Below the pieces are notes generated by a model. That model had not been told where the DNA came from and did not search any database. It worked only from the letters and a program-made list of their open reading frames with translations. This document shows positions 1 to 14,067 of a stretch of 64,000 nt of DNA, piece by piece; the first letter of the stretch is position 1; each line of letters begins with the position of its first letter. This DNA is from Yuukianura sp. NJ FZ-2021. Lineage: Eukaryota. A program made the position numbers and the translations under genes. The stretch is taken from positions 5,890,001 to 5,954,000 of the forward strand of contig CM102286.1 of NCBI GenBank assembly GCA_046563655.1, in the 5' to 3' direction.

Positions 1-3000
1 CTATGCCTCAAAGTCAAAAGCCCAAGTCAAAATTTAAGTTGATGTAAAAGAGGGAGTTGTCTGGCTGTGGAAATTGGGAAATTGAAAGCCAGTGCCATGT
101 CAAATCACTTGAACAAAAACTGCACTCGGAATGTCGTTAATCTTTGTTAACTTAAAAAGAGATGCATTCGCAAATGCCGTTTATTGGACGGAGGGAAATG
201 CAACTTTCGTCTAGCGCCAAATCCTCTCCTCCTCCATACCAAAATCCGCAATCTTGTGCCCTGCCCTGCCTCTCCAGTTCATGTTGACTGTTGCAAATTT
301 TGTGCAAAAATGGTCCCTGGAGCAACCGCCATTCCGAACGAGACCGAATGGTCCCTCATGGAAAAATAAGCTAAAAGCATCTCCCAACTATTATTATGTT
401 GCTCTTTTTTTAATCTCCCTAAATCTCGCAGCCTCCCATCTTCCATCATAGTCACTTGTGCATTTGAACTGTACTTATACTCGGACTCAAGTCAGTCACT
501 TTCCCATTTGACTCTCAGTCGAGGAAACGCTTCTTCTTTTGCAAATTCAAAACTCCTTCATCCTGTTGGCCTCTCCCTCTTTATATTTTTTTTATGTATT
601 TTCCAATTTCCAAATCTTCATCCCCTACCGAGAATCTCAGGTGAGACAGGGCTCAGACTAAGAGCGTCTATTTTTTAGTCGGAAGTTGCCACTCGCCTTG
701 TGGCTTCGGCTGACTCAACATTTGACTTGGACTCATAGTGATTTTTGAAAAAAATTTGAATTAATTTTTTAGTTTATGGCTGACATCCCAACTTGGAGCT
801 GGAAAGCGCTAAACGGTTGGAAGAAACTCAGAACCACCCGCGTCTCGTCGCATGGAAAAATGTGCATGATCCAAGAAGTGCACGACTGCTACCGGAATTT
901 TTGCACGAACAGCAGTTACAACGATCTTCGGAGACTTCTGTTTCCTGGGGTTGAACAAATACAAGAACAATTTTTTGTTCTAACTCGGGGTATGTAACTC
1001 TCATTACTCTATTACAACAAAACTAATTACTAATTCTGAAGTTTTCTGCTCGTTGTACAAATGGAAAGATTGAAGATACCAGGGTGACTTTGAGTTTGAA
1101 ATTTCGTTTTCTGAAGTTAGCGTGACATGTCGGAAGGAAGGGCTACACTACATGGCATGTGTAAAGGGCACCCTCCCCTCGACCACGGTTCCTGTCTTGA
1201 GGCAGTTTTTGTACGAACATTGTCCGAAATCATATGACATGCGAAGGGTCCCCCTCCAAGTACTTCTCAGGAGACTGCTTTCTCCAACTGGCCCTTTGTC
1301 TTCCGTTGCAGGTTAGGGTAGATAGGCAGGAAACCCGACAATACTAAAGAGACGTCACAAGGAGAAAGTTTGACAGGACCACAGTCAGTTTTCTGAATTT
1401 TAATTTTTGACTTGAGGTTTGTTTTTCCAAGGAATGATTTTTTTTGAAAACTTGTAAAACCCGGGGGTAGACTAAACTGGGATTGATATCCAGCTCAGCA
1501 GGGTACTTTTTAAATTAGACAGGTAGTTAATTGAAATATTTTTTTGTAGCAAACGTGATGTTTCCTACTGGTTTTTATTTTAAAGCACCCTATGTCGATT
1601 TTGGCTGAACAGTTAATCACCCAGTAGATTTCGATTGAATTTTTATTTTTCTTGAAAAAATTTTGAGGTCATCAGAGGTCAAGGCTGGTGGTTGACCTTT
1701 ACCGCTGTAGAATCCTAGACAAAAAGCAATGAGATTTTGAAAATGTTAAAAAGTCATGGAGTTTTAGGACGCGTGGTATTAATCTTAGTGAAGAATTTTC
1801 TCAATTTCCTAATTCTGATTTTTTTTTTCAAATTGAAATGAAAATCCTACATCCAAATTTTTTTAACACAACTTAATTTTTGAGACTCATCACTTCATTT
1901 TTAGTGTTTGCAGTACCCAGTCTATTGACCCCAGTCACTATAAGGGCTCCTCCAATGGTCTAAGTTGATGATTTCAAGTTCTACGAAATTTGGGTAGAAA
2001 TGATTGGCGTTTGAATGGTAATTTGAATTTCCAATTGTAATTATTAATTCGACTCCGCCCACTCAACTATTCCTCCAACCTGTGAGTCATCGTAGGGACG
2101 CTTAGGGTTAAGTGCATAGGATTACATGGGCCCTTAATTCAAAAAAGTATGATCTGTGTACTACCTGTACCTTGCTCAATTACCATACTGGGAAAGGGCC
2201 TGCATCTTCTCAAAAACCAAAACACTTAAATCAAACAAGGTACTACATGGACAGGGGCAACATTATTTCTACACAAAATGAACTGACAACTTTAGAAAAA
2301 AAAACATATGATGTTGAGTCTTAAAAATTCAAATGGTATCATGTACTTGTAAACTTTTCCAACCAGGAACCTGTAGAAGTTACAAGGAGTACTGCTAGGT
2401 AGGTAGTACTACTCATGTGTAGTTGTTTTAGTGATGACTCAGAAAATCATCCGACGCAGAGATTTCTTTTTCCTATTATTAGACTTGTCAAAGTTCCAGG
2501 AACTTATTGGACGGGAGCATTGTGCTCAGGGAATAATATACAGCATGTTTCAAAAGTTGAGGTTACAGGAGAAAGTGGATTTCCGAAAAAGAGAAAGTCA
2601 GATAAATGCTCTAGGTGCTTCGAATTTTGTGTAAGACAATGGGCATGTTGAGGACTTAAGCTTAGCGTCTCGTTGATTACAGTGAAGGATCTGTTGATGA
2701 CCATGATGAGGTTGTTGCTTTTTTCCAAAAGTTACGACATTTTGAGCCGAGCAGTTTGGGATTGTTGTTGAATGTTTTGTAGGTGGCAGGAGTTTCTACT
2801 TGGATTTTGGTTTAGATTTGTGTCCTAAGTTCATAAGAATAAGTGGACTCTTCTGGGATCCCTAAGTCTGTTTTCTACGGTGCAATTTTGAGTAAGGACG
2901 GTTAGGTTGGTTATTTTTCAAATCCCGCAGTAGATCGGAAGATTTGGATCGACTGAATAAGGTAAGGACTCTACTTCCAAACGGCAACACCTTTTTCCAA

Positions 3001-6000
3001 ACTCCGCCTTGACACAAACCTCGTTTCCGCCCAGACGCTCTCCCTCAGTCGGTCCAAAATCCAAGAAATCCTAGCTTAGCAAGAGCCCGGCCACCCAGCA
3101 CCAGAAGACTCAAAAAAACGAAAGTTGGGGAAAGACTTAGAAGCCTAAAGTGGTTTAGGAGTGAGTGAGTGGTAATGATGAAGCACGGGTTGAAGTCAAG
3201 GGAACAGGCATAGTAATAACTTGGCTTAGCTTTACTCAACTTGGTTTAGTATGGGTAGGTGCTAAAGCTCTCGATATAAAAATTAACAAGGCTAGGGAGA
3301 CAGATCACCAGAATCCGTACACCAGTTAGTAGACACTACTCTGCTCAGCTGGAAACTCAACTTCAAAAATGAAATTTTAAACTCAAAGGGTTATTTTTTA
3401 AATTTAAGTAAGTTACGAGTTTTAGTGTGAGACTGTAACTTAACCGAACTAATTTCTGGTTTTTTTACTTTCACAGGAGGAGAAAGCAGCTGAGTCCAGG
3501 AAGGTCGGCAAAGCCGGCAAACTTATCCGAGAAACCGTACGACTTCGGAATTTCACCGTCGGTCACACAGCACTGTCACTACGCAGCAGTTGAAGTTCGT
3601 CGCCACACGAAAGGTGCAACCTCTTCTCAGACGCAAGATACGCCTGCGGTCCATCAGGGCGCGAATGTCGCCACAGGACTAAAATTTGAAAACGTGACGA
3701 ATCTGTGAAGTTTGAAAATTTTGAATTATGCTGTAAGTCACACAAGGCGCGGAAATTGACGCGTAGCTTTCACGCGAATGTCACCGCCACCAGCAGGAAT
3801 GAATTTTTGAAAAAAATTTCCCAAGAAAAAAATTCTCAGGAGTGGAAAAGCTTGGATAGAATTTTTGGAAGTTAGTATGAAACTTTCAAAAAATTCTTTT
3901 CAAACTTTTTCAATACTGAGGAAGTTTACACAGTTTGTTGCGCTACATTCCAGACTTTTGTTCTGCTTATGCTGCGAATTTTGCTTGCGTTAAAAGGATT
4001 TCTTAAAAATATTTTCTTTTCAATGGAAAGATTTGTTTTTTCAAATCTTCTTATAATTTTTTTTTAATTTTGAGTCTTTTTCTGTTTGAATAAGCTGGAG
4101 CGTGCGTCGATGACGTTAGCGTTTAAATGATAATTATAGAACAAGACAGTAGCCTGTCATCTTCCGGGGCATTTTAGATTTAATTGTAGTGTTCACTTGG
4201 TGATGAAGGGGTCTGTCTTAAGGGTCGTGTTTTAGTTGACCCCTTCTGCTCAATCCTAAGTAGTCTCAAGTCACGAAAGGAAGCGGTGAGAGAACATCAT
4301 CGTAAGCTTTAAGTGCTCACTTTCCATGTTCTTAAGGTGATGATAAGGGGTGGGCCCTTTGAGGAGCCGAAAAACTAATTTTGACTTCCTAAAGTTATTA
4401 ACTTACTCGGTGAGTAAGCTGCTACTGCTGCGGTGATTACTTGACCGGGAGAATTTGAAATTGAAACTTATGATGAAACTAAAAAGAAAAGTTAGAATAA
4501 TTCTTTTCATCATGCAAGGAAACAAAAGCAGTAGCAAAGAAGGGAGCAGCCCTTGTTCAGAACAATTTTTTCTAAACAGTTGTCGGCTTCCTCTTAAAAC
4601 CTATTTTTTATTATGGTAATGTCAGATACAATTTCAAAAGACTTTTTTAAGGTTCAGGGAAGGGGGCCCTTAAGGGCAGAAGCAGGTAGAAGATGTGAAT
4701 CTCTGGCTCTCAATCTTCCTACTGAAAAATGTTCCCTAAATCCTTAAAAAGAACCTTAAAATAGCATTGAAAAAGATTTTCTAAAAAATGGATTTTTAAA
4801 AAACACTTCCCACTTCTATCCCACACTTTCTCTCTCTCTCCCGTTTTTTCGTGATCTCGTGGGAACCGATTTTTAATTTTTGAATTCAAGGGACGATCTC
4901 TTGAAATAAAATGTGCAAAATTGATCCTTGAAAAAAAACTGTCAGCTTTTGGAAAATTGATTCATGTTAAGAATGAAACCTTAAAAAATTGAGTGTTTAA
5001 AATAGTTTGAACAAGGATTCCCTACCTTTTTTAAAAAAATGTTTTATGGCTGTTCAGAAATTGCCGTAAGAGCCATGACCTATATGTTTCCGGCACATTC
5101 ATTCTCGTTCAATTTTCTTAAAAAAACTGTTTGAATCTTTTTAAACAAGAGATCAGACTCGAGAATCTTTTTTAGAAATGGAAAACGTACAATTCCCGTT
5201 ATGTTAGGCTCCAAACGGTCCCTTCTTCGCAAGTCCTTAATTACTTTTTGACTTTCCTGTTTCCTTTTGGCTTAGGACAATTTACTTTTTAGCGTCTCCA
5301 AACCTTGACCTGAAAATTATTTTTAACTTTTAAAAAATTTTCAAACTTAAAAAAAAAACGCTCAAAAGTATTATTTTCACATTGTCATTACAGTTCGCTT
5401 AGCCGAACCGCAGTATAAATATTACGTATCGCGCAAATGGACTTTCATATAACATAACAAACTCAAACTAACTAACCTAACGAGAACAGGACGTATGGTA
5501 TTATATTTTTGTCTCGTTCATGTCAATAGGGTTACGAAAAAGAGAAAAGCCGAAAAAATTACTTTTCGTGTGGAAATTTTTTCCGAGGTTTGTCTAATGC
5601 GATTGGACGAAAGAAAAAAGAATTGATTGACGTGGAACAGAAGTGTTAGCGGTTGGGCCTGAGTGCTGCGGTGTGTTCGATTTTAGTTCCATTTTAGGGA
5701 AAGTTCCCCTAACTTCTAAACATAAACTCAAACTAAAAGCATATTAATTGACCTCTCCTCCACTTAAATCAAGTGAAGTACAATTAAAAATTAGGCTTAT
5801 TTGATTTAAACCTGCGGTTTTTCAACACAATTCAAAATTTTCACTCAGAAAAAATTCAAAATTTATTTGACCTCAAGAATGTCCTTTTTCTGGCTTTCAG
5901 TGAGACTAATTTTAAAACCTAGACGATTTTTGAATCGAATTCCAAAGTCTACCGTTTGTAATCAAAAACTTGAAAAAAAAATCAAAAAATCTAAGTGAAA

Positions 6001-9000
6001 GCTTTGACACGTGAAATGATTATTGTAGAGGAGAAAGTCCGTTTAGTGAAGGGTTGAAAACAAAGGGCGTAGTTGTGTGTGTGGTGCTGGGAGAAAGTGA
6101 CAATTATTATGGCAGCGGAAGTAACTATTCAAAGTTAATTGGAGAAAGCTTGACAGAAATTCGATAACTATTTAAACTGCTGCAGCGGCCTTCAGCACAC
6201 TGCTCTGACACCGGGAAAATTTTTCTTTTGAATTATTTACCCCGTCGACTGCGGTGGCATCAAAAAGGCGTTTTCTAGAGCCACACGGGTTCACCCGAAT
6301 ATGTGTTCAAACTGCCAATTTTACTTTTTGATTGTAACTTGTAATTCCCTAAATTTTAAATGAACTTTTAATTTTTTAAATTTAACAACCGATAAAGTGT
6401 TCAAAAAAATTACAAGGCTCTAGTCAACATTTATTTAAAAAATTGATTCGTTTTATGGAAACGGAAACGTGAATCTCCTTTTCTCTTTTTAAACCAAAAC
6501 TTCGAGATTTTAAATCAAAAAGAGATTTATGGTTTGATACATTATTACTTTACTGTAAAGTTTGAGGAGGAAGTTTTTGTGTTTCTAACTCTAGTTTTCC
6601 CACGATTTGTAAAAAACTTGAACAACATTTTTTAATACCAAGGTGTTTGAATATAAGCGGGCTTTTAGGTCCTTTGATTTTTTTTTCTTTATTTGGATTC
6701 CTTTTGATCTCGTAAAAAATCAGGGCTTTTTTTCCGTCTCTGAAAAATTCAGGTGCTAAAAAAATCGGGAGAGTTCCCTTCTTCCTGTTCCCTTAAAAAA
6801 GTGGCCCTTAAAAAATTCTCATCAAATAGAGGGGCTAAAAAATCTTTCTATTTTTTCTATTTTTACTCCAACCCTCATCATCTTCTTCCTGGGAAAATAT
6901 TTTTATTTTTGAGAATCGTGTGAAAACAGTATCGATATGCGAATTAACAAAGTATGACAGGGAAGGATCCTCCAAAATTCTTTTCACAAAAATCCTGACG
7001 ATGTATTTTTTAACAAAAGTTTCTAAAAAACCTTTTTGGTTGTGATTTTTTAAACCTCAAGTTGATGTAAATAGAAATTGGGAGGAAATTGAGGAAACAA
7101 CCTAGACTGGACTCACTTCCAGAACTTTTTTTTCGTTTTCGAAACCTAATTGCCCCTTAAAGTGTTTATTTTAAGATGCCAAGTACCCTCTGCAGGGACC
7201 TACATTTCCTATGACCCACAACTACCAAAGATCCTCCACGCAGCTTATATTTTGTCTCTTGAGTTCCAACTTGCTCTCACTCGTCTTCCAGCTTCCAGAC
7301 AGGCAAGGCGGGTCACTCCCGAAAATTTTTGTTCAACCATAGCGTCTGCGCAGTACCTTTCCACAAACACATTCACGCAAGGAATACAATTCGTATTTAC
7401 ATTTTTCGCCAAATTTAAACTGTTGGTCTACTCACAAACTAAGTGCTTTGAAAAAGAATTTCCTCGGTGAGTACAATTTCAAATTATGTTTAAAAAAAAA
7501 TTGGTTTTGCCATTTTAAATTTTTAAGCAAAATATTTTTCAACCGGTTGACTGTAAACTTTTGAATGTTACACAAAACCGCGACAGAAAGTGACGCTAAG
7601 AAATTTTAGCCTTGGTATAGATTTGGTTCGGCTTGGGTGATAAATTTTGAAGTTTAGTTTCTACTTAAAATTTGGAGTTTGACATAGCTGGCTATGTCGG
7701 GCAGTTTTTTTTCAGTTTTGAAAATCAAAACTTTAAAATCTAGCTGCTACTTTTGTGTTGAAGGCTGTACAATATTAAGCATAGAGAATTGAATTGCTGA
7801 CAGAAGGTATTGGACACTAAGGAATTTTTGTAAGACGTGACTCTGACAATTGTTGACAGATCTCCCTTGGAGAAAACTGCTTTTTAAATCTGTCCATAAG
7901 AAACGGCTAAGGTAAAAAGACTTTTCCATTGGACACAGTCTGGTGAGCCCTTAGATTTCCTTGAAACCTCATGTGTTCAAGTAATGTTTAGAAGGAAGTT
8001 TATGTTTAAGGGTTCGTTGGCTCTATTCTTAAGGGATCCCTCCAAGATGAAGAGATTTAAAGTCCTGAAAGGGAATGCCAAGGGACATTGATAGGGCCCT
8101 TTTCTCTTTTTAAGACATTTTAAATGGTTTTGGATTTCATCAAATTCGGAGTAAAAGAGTTCTTCAAAATTTTGAGGACAGCTGGATCTGTGTGTACTGA
8201 AATCTTAAACCCTAAACTGCGGCAAAGTTCAATTTTCTCATTTTATTCAATTTTCAATTCTTAAAATACTTTGGAAATCTTTCGTTTATCATCTGCTTCT
8301 CCTTCCGTTTTTTTTATACTTCAAGCCCAAAACAATACACATTTTTTGTTAAAAAAATCAATCGAAAATCCTTTTTCTTGTTTGAAATGCATTCAGAATT
8401 TTGAGAGCTTTTCTTCAAGAACATCGAAATATTTTTTAAAGAAAAAAAAACTGAAGCACATATGCTCGCTTTGTCCTAAGTTTTAATTTTTCACTTTCAC
8501 GGCAGCTCAAACCTTTCAAAATCGGAAATTGAATCAAAATCAATATGCAGCGTTGCATCTGCTTTTCTTTCCGTTTTTTTTTTAAAATATTGAGCGCCTG
8601 CCGCCTTCAATTGTATTTTGTACCCCTTGTCTCCACACTTGGAATAATAAATACTTGAACACAAAAAAGGATTTACGAGGACAAATGCGTACGGCAGCAG
8701 CGGTCGTCACGCCGTGAGCCGTTGACTAAAAATTTTGTATTGTAAAAAATAATCGAACGGCAATCGAATTCCAAAAGGATTGAGTTCTTCAAACCTTTTT
8801 TTAAAAAAATCAATACGTGTCATATGCCAAACACTTTCAAAATTCTTTTGTTTGAAATTATGCTTTTCAAATTCAAAAATCTTAACCTTTAATCAAAACG
8901 TATTGACTTTTTGGACAAGTTGACAAGGTGGATATGCCACTCCAAAAGGCTTGCTAAAAAAACCAAAATGACTTTTTGTGTTAAAAGGAAAACTAAATTC

Positions 9001-11751
9001 AACTCTTTTTTGACAAAATTCTTCAAGTAAATTTTGAGTAACGTGACATTTTGACAGCATCAGAACGTATTCTAGCGTGGGGTAAATCATTATGCTTACT
9101 AAAAAAATGAAACAAACCTTAACGTTTTTGAACATAAAAAATGAAAATGGTTAACAATGTATTTGGAACCATAATGGAACCAAAAGAATTTTTTTCAACT
9201 AGTTCGAACAGAAATTCCCTTAAAAAGGGTTTCAAGGGCCCCCATATGTACCGGGTATTTTGCTCAGCATTCGATTAGGTTAGACTGAAGCGGGACTTTT
9301 GAACCAGCTTCGATTGTTTAACGCATGAGGTGAAGGACGCCTGACGACATACTGTCACGGTCACCATTCGGCAAAGGGCAAAGGCACGGGTGAAATCCGA
9401 TAAAAAATGATGCCCGATACCCGTTTGTTCAGAGGATCTGTAAGTAGTTTGGGTTTCGACATTAGAAGTATTGTATTGAATCGAGCAGGAAGCACCTTTG
9501 GGGCCCTTTCGACATCCTCGCTAAGGCTCCCCGTTTCCAAACCCCTTTTTTAGAAAAGTAGAATTGAGCAAGGAGCCCTTAACAATGTAGACTTCTGTCC
9601 CATTTCAATTTTTTGTGGCAAATACTTTTGTTTGATTGAATTGAGCATGGATGATGGTGGGGCACGTGGTAAAACGTTGAAAGTATAGCTGCTGGATGGG
9701 GTTATGCTTTCTTCGATATTTTAAGCATGGCAACTGCACTCTTCTGGCCATTCCGGTTAAGTTAGGTTAGCTCCCGTCAAAACCCGAAAAATATTATTGA
9801 ATTTGTTTTGATTTTGTGCTTACTTGGTTGCAGTGCAGCATGCATACTTGCAAAAGGCATTGAAATGGAAGTTGGTTTGGAAAAACTGGACTAGGCAAGG
9901 TCTGAACCGGCCGGCTTCCAAAAAGTTCCTCCCTCATCAACATCATTCCTTTCAAACTGAATCAATAGTTTCAATATGAACAACAAAAATTTCATTTTGA
10001 TCAGGCAACTCGTTTTCTATTTTAAAACCAGTCTACTATAGGCAAGACACAGCCTACAAATATTTGTTAGGATCATTTTTTAATTCAAGTTTATTCAATT
10101 CAAACTAGACTTGAGCTAAACTTAACCCTCTCCGGAAGGTTCTAGAACAAAGTTGCTGTCGTTAAAGTGAACACAACAATTTGTTTCTTTCAAAATTAAA
10201 GGATTTTAAATCTGAATATCTGAAATTTGAACTCTGATTCAATTTCAAAAAAAAATTCTGATTCAAACTTTTGACTTTGACTCATGGGAATTTCATATGT
10301 CTCTCATGACTAACATTTTCAATGTTGCCAAAAACGTTTCGTGCCAAACGAAATAACGGAACGGATTTTAAAATGTGTTGAACTAAAATTTTGATTCATT
10401 TCCAAAGGGTTAAAGCTTTCGAAAAAAAATTTCAAAGTGATCAAAAAGTTCAGACTCACTAATCCAAGTTCCATGACCTATCAAAATCCTGTTGTCTTTA
10501 AAACTAAACTGCAGTTCTAAGCAACAAACAAACTGAAATGACACGCTCATGCTATATTTCTTCTAAGAATTTTATGTAATCATCAGTGTGAATTGTGATG
10601 ATTCGTTTTTTTCCTTAGTCAGGCAAAAATTTCCTTTTCACTGCTCATACAAAACCTTCAATGTTCAACATTTTTAGTTTGTTTTGTGACGAGTTTTGAG
10701 AAATGCAATTTGGGGGCGGCGCATGATTCAACAATGTATTTCAACTCAGAGAGAGATAAGGACTCATAGTTACAGGATTTTTGGCTGCTGTTATAGAAGT
10801 GGGTGGTTGATTGGATCAAAGGTTAACAATGACATATTAAATTCAGGGATGAGCTCCAAATGGAAACTACTAAGCTGATTTCCCTCCACTCCGCTTTAAG
10901 TTTCGTCATCAAAATTTTGTTCCCAGGCTTAAATTGAACGGTAGGAAGAGGCAGGAGGCTCAGTAGCCACCTCGCGTTTCGAACTTTAGGTTTTGGTGAG
11001 CAAGTCGAGCCAAAGTTTTAGTGTAGATTTTGAGTTGCCAGGAGAAAGTTGTTCTCTCTCTCCGGCTTTTTCAGTTCTTGTGCTTTTCGATCCTAATCTA
11101 ACTTAAACCTAACCCGAACCATAAGTTAGGTTGAAATGTCGACATGGAGGCATCTTGTGGATTCAAAGTTCCCAGTCCCCGAGGATCTCTGTAGCGTAAG
11201 TATTAAGCTGGGGTTGTGTCTTAAATCTTGGAAATGATAAGGAGGGGGTGTAGTTGGGGCGTTCTGGTTAGCTTTAAGTGGTTGCTTACGAAAAAAGAAG
11301 GCGGTATTATCCAAAGTACGGATTCGAGCCTGTTCTTTTTTCAAAAAAACGTTTGAGTTCGACTGGTGGTGGTGACTAATCGAGTGAGGTTCCACGTAGT
11401 TCGTGGACCGACTCTTGAGTCAGTCGAGGAGATCAACATCAGATTAAGTTTCTAACTCTTTTTTGGTTTTCTTTGCAGGTTCATTCTTGAACAAGGAGTA
11501 ATCCCTTCTTTTGGAAGATTTGAACAAAGGGGAGCCCTTAAGTGGCTGCGTGCCAACTGCCAAGGACCTCAACCCGTTCTTTTCATACTCAAGACGGACC
11601 TGCTCCTTGAAGACCCAACATTTACATTTGAATCAAATTAGAAGTAATCTTCCGACCGACCCGGGAGAATCAAAGATTTCAAAATTCAGCGCCAAGAGTT
11701 CTGAGCTTCGAAACTCAATCAAAACCGAAAACTGTTCAAACTTGAAAACTT

Positions 11752-11826
11752 TTAACTGAAACCCGTAAAACTGACCATGCGTAGCGTTTATCTGTTCGCA
11801 TGTTGAGTGGGACGGGTCCAAGTTAA
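11752..11826 (+). ncRNA. mir-100: pre-miR-100 (divergent), let-7 complex member; mature 5p ~11760-11781 AACCCGUAAAACUGACCAUGCG
   Basis: First 8 nt are identical to canonical miR-100 (AACCCGUA), 16/22 overall. The sequence folds back (ACCCGU/ACGGGU, CAUGCG/CGCAUG, basal UUAACU/AGUUAA). It lies ~330 nt upstream of let-7, the conserved position. Confidence 0.85.
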
Positions 11827-12084
11827 GGGTTACAATCAACAAAGTTTCAACTGAAGAAAACACCGATTTCAACACACAGAACGTGCAATACTGCTTCGAG
11901 AAACTTAGAAATTGTAGTTTACCTAACTTGAAGCAATTTGTAATTTGTGATGTTTTACTTTATGAATCCATTTGTAATCAATTTGAAAGTTGATGTAATT
12001 TAAGTTTGAATTTGGTTTTGTATGTGTAGTGTATAGGAGCGTGACGGAAGAAAGTCGCGATTATGCCGGGACGTGCCATGGCGG

Positions 12085-12175
12085 TCTCTGTGTGAGGTAG
12101 TGGGTTGTATAGTTGAGAACGACATCACTTTAGACAAGGACGAAACTGTACAACTTGCTAACTTTCTTAGAGTCT
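12085..12175 (+). ncRNA. let-7: pre-let-7; mature 5p 12093-12114 UGAGGUAGUGGGUUGUAUAGUU, star arm ~12146-12167 CUGUACAACUUGCUAACUUUCU
   Basis: 21/22 identity to canonical let-7 (A10G). The complementary arm resembles the arthropod let-7-3p, with a ~31-nt loop. Confidence 0.97.
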
Positions 12176-13806
12176 CGTCACTAAGAACGTCTACAAGCAT
12201 AAGACTCGTAGATTGGTCACTTAGGTATTATTCCAAAAACATTTTTTGGATTTTAATAGTCATAGTTAAGTTTAGGATTGAGTTTGGTTTTGGTTTAACT
12301 TAATCAACTAAAAAGAAATCTCACTGAAAGACTGATTTTTAAAACAATGTTAGGTTAGTGTAATTCATAATTAGCAAGCAATGAAAGGAAAGGTGCGAAA
12401 ACTTACGTAAGTTTTGTGAATAGTAGAGTGAAGCTGTTTCGAAAACAGTTTGATGGCATGGTCTGAAACGGTGTGAAAAGCTGCGTGTGAATAAAAAGAA
12501 TTTTTTTTTTTTTAGAAAATCGAGAAATCCGTTAGTTTTGTTTTTAAATGAAGCTGAGTTGAAAGAGATGAACTGCATAAACTCCGAGCAAAAGAATCTC
12601 CCAATTCCCAGTGTCACAGATTTCAACACATCAAAATCATCCATGCTTAATATTTAATATATGAATTTTTATTTTTGAAGCAAATGTTTCTGACAAGTGT
12701 CTTTTTAATGTTTCGATTTTTAAATTGTAAAAGATTTGTAACGCTGGCATTTCAATGAGTGTAAGATTACTAAGATTTCATAGGGAATATTACAATTAAA
12801 TCCAGTCATCATAGTCCATAGAAGTTCCGGAATTTCGACTGATGCGTTTTTGAACTGAAAAAAACTCGCGGTAAGTTTGAGATTTCGGACGTTTGACATT
12901 GACTGACTGCTATGCATACAAAGGCATCTAGTAAGGGATATCATACTTTGCACGGAGTTTGTTTCAGGAGAGACGGGTATTATGAATTTTGAGAGCTGAT
13001 TTGAAATGGGCTGACAAGACAAAGAAGCCACTGAAATTATCCTGCTCAAGATTAGAACGGAGCTTAACAATTGGGAGGTTAAGTTTATTGTAGAATAAAA
13101 ATCGAGTAGATTCAGCACTTGCATGAGGAGTCTCTGCGGTCGCTATCGTTACATAATCTTGGACTGGATATAGAACCGTACAATAGAGGGATGCTAGATC
13201 CCAACACCCGCTCTGCCTACAACTGGCTCCCTAAGCTTCTTTTTAGCAAACAGTTTCGCACTGGAGTCTAGTTTTGGCAATATTAAGTGGCAGCCTTTAC
13301 TCGCCCAACTTAACCTTTCCTATCTTTATCAAAGTCAAGAAAGCCAACCAACTTCTGCCAAAAGTTGTGCAGTGAGTCTGAGTGGTTGCGAAGGAGGGAA
13401 CTGACCAAAAAGAAGAGAAAGGACTTCGGATTTTTCAATTTCATTCAACCGGCAACCACCACCAACTTACCACCCGAATTCAGATTCCACTTGTCTCGGC
13501 ATAAACTCTGGACACTGGTCAAAGGTCTTCAACGGTACGTTGACAACTTCTTTTCAATACTCGTACTAAATTGACAACGGCTCTAAGGTAGTCCAAGCTG
13601 GACTAACACGTTTTGTGGAACGACATCTTTAGACTTTAGAGTGTGAGAAACCAAGTTTCTCAGTTTCGAAATTCATACGAAGTCCAAAATTCAAATTAAA
13701 TTCAAAACTATTCTTTATTCCTAAATAACCGTTCAAATTAATGAAAAAATTAAAAAAAAAAAAGAAGATTCTGTTTAATTATTATGAAAACTCTGTAACG
13801 TATAAG

Positions 13807-13857
13807 AATTCGAAATTTGTAGAAAGTGTAAGTTACACTTTCTACAAATTTCGAATT
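13807..13857. repeat. Perfect palindrome, 25-bp arms, 1-nt spacer
   Basis: aattcgaaatttgtagaaagtgtaa-g-ttacactttctacaaatttcgaatt. Confidence 0.95.
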
Positions 13858-14067
13858 TTTTCCGTTAACTTACACTGTGTAACGTAAAAGAGAAAATTTC
13901 CTGTCAGTTAAACTTGTTTTTTTTACTCCTCGTGAACTTACATGAGAAATTTCTTTTTTAAACATTGAAGAAATTTTTTTCAAGTGAACCTGTTGAAGTT
14001 TACACTGGCTTTTGTTAAAAATTTCAGGAGAATGACAACATCCCGGGTCACACGAGTCACATTACTT

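Noticed and set aside
773..812. Frame reading LWLTSQLGAGKR* as an amidated neuropeptide terminus
   Set aside because: Too short, no upstream precursor exon identified and no family match.
4156..4177. Resemblance of CAUCUUCCGGGGCAUUUUAGA to miR-8-5p
   Set aside because: The opposite arm lacks the miR-8-3p seed UAAUACUG, so it is not miR-8. Kept only as an anonymous hairpin.
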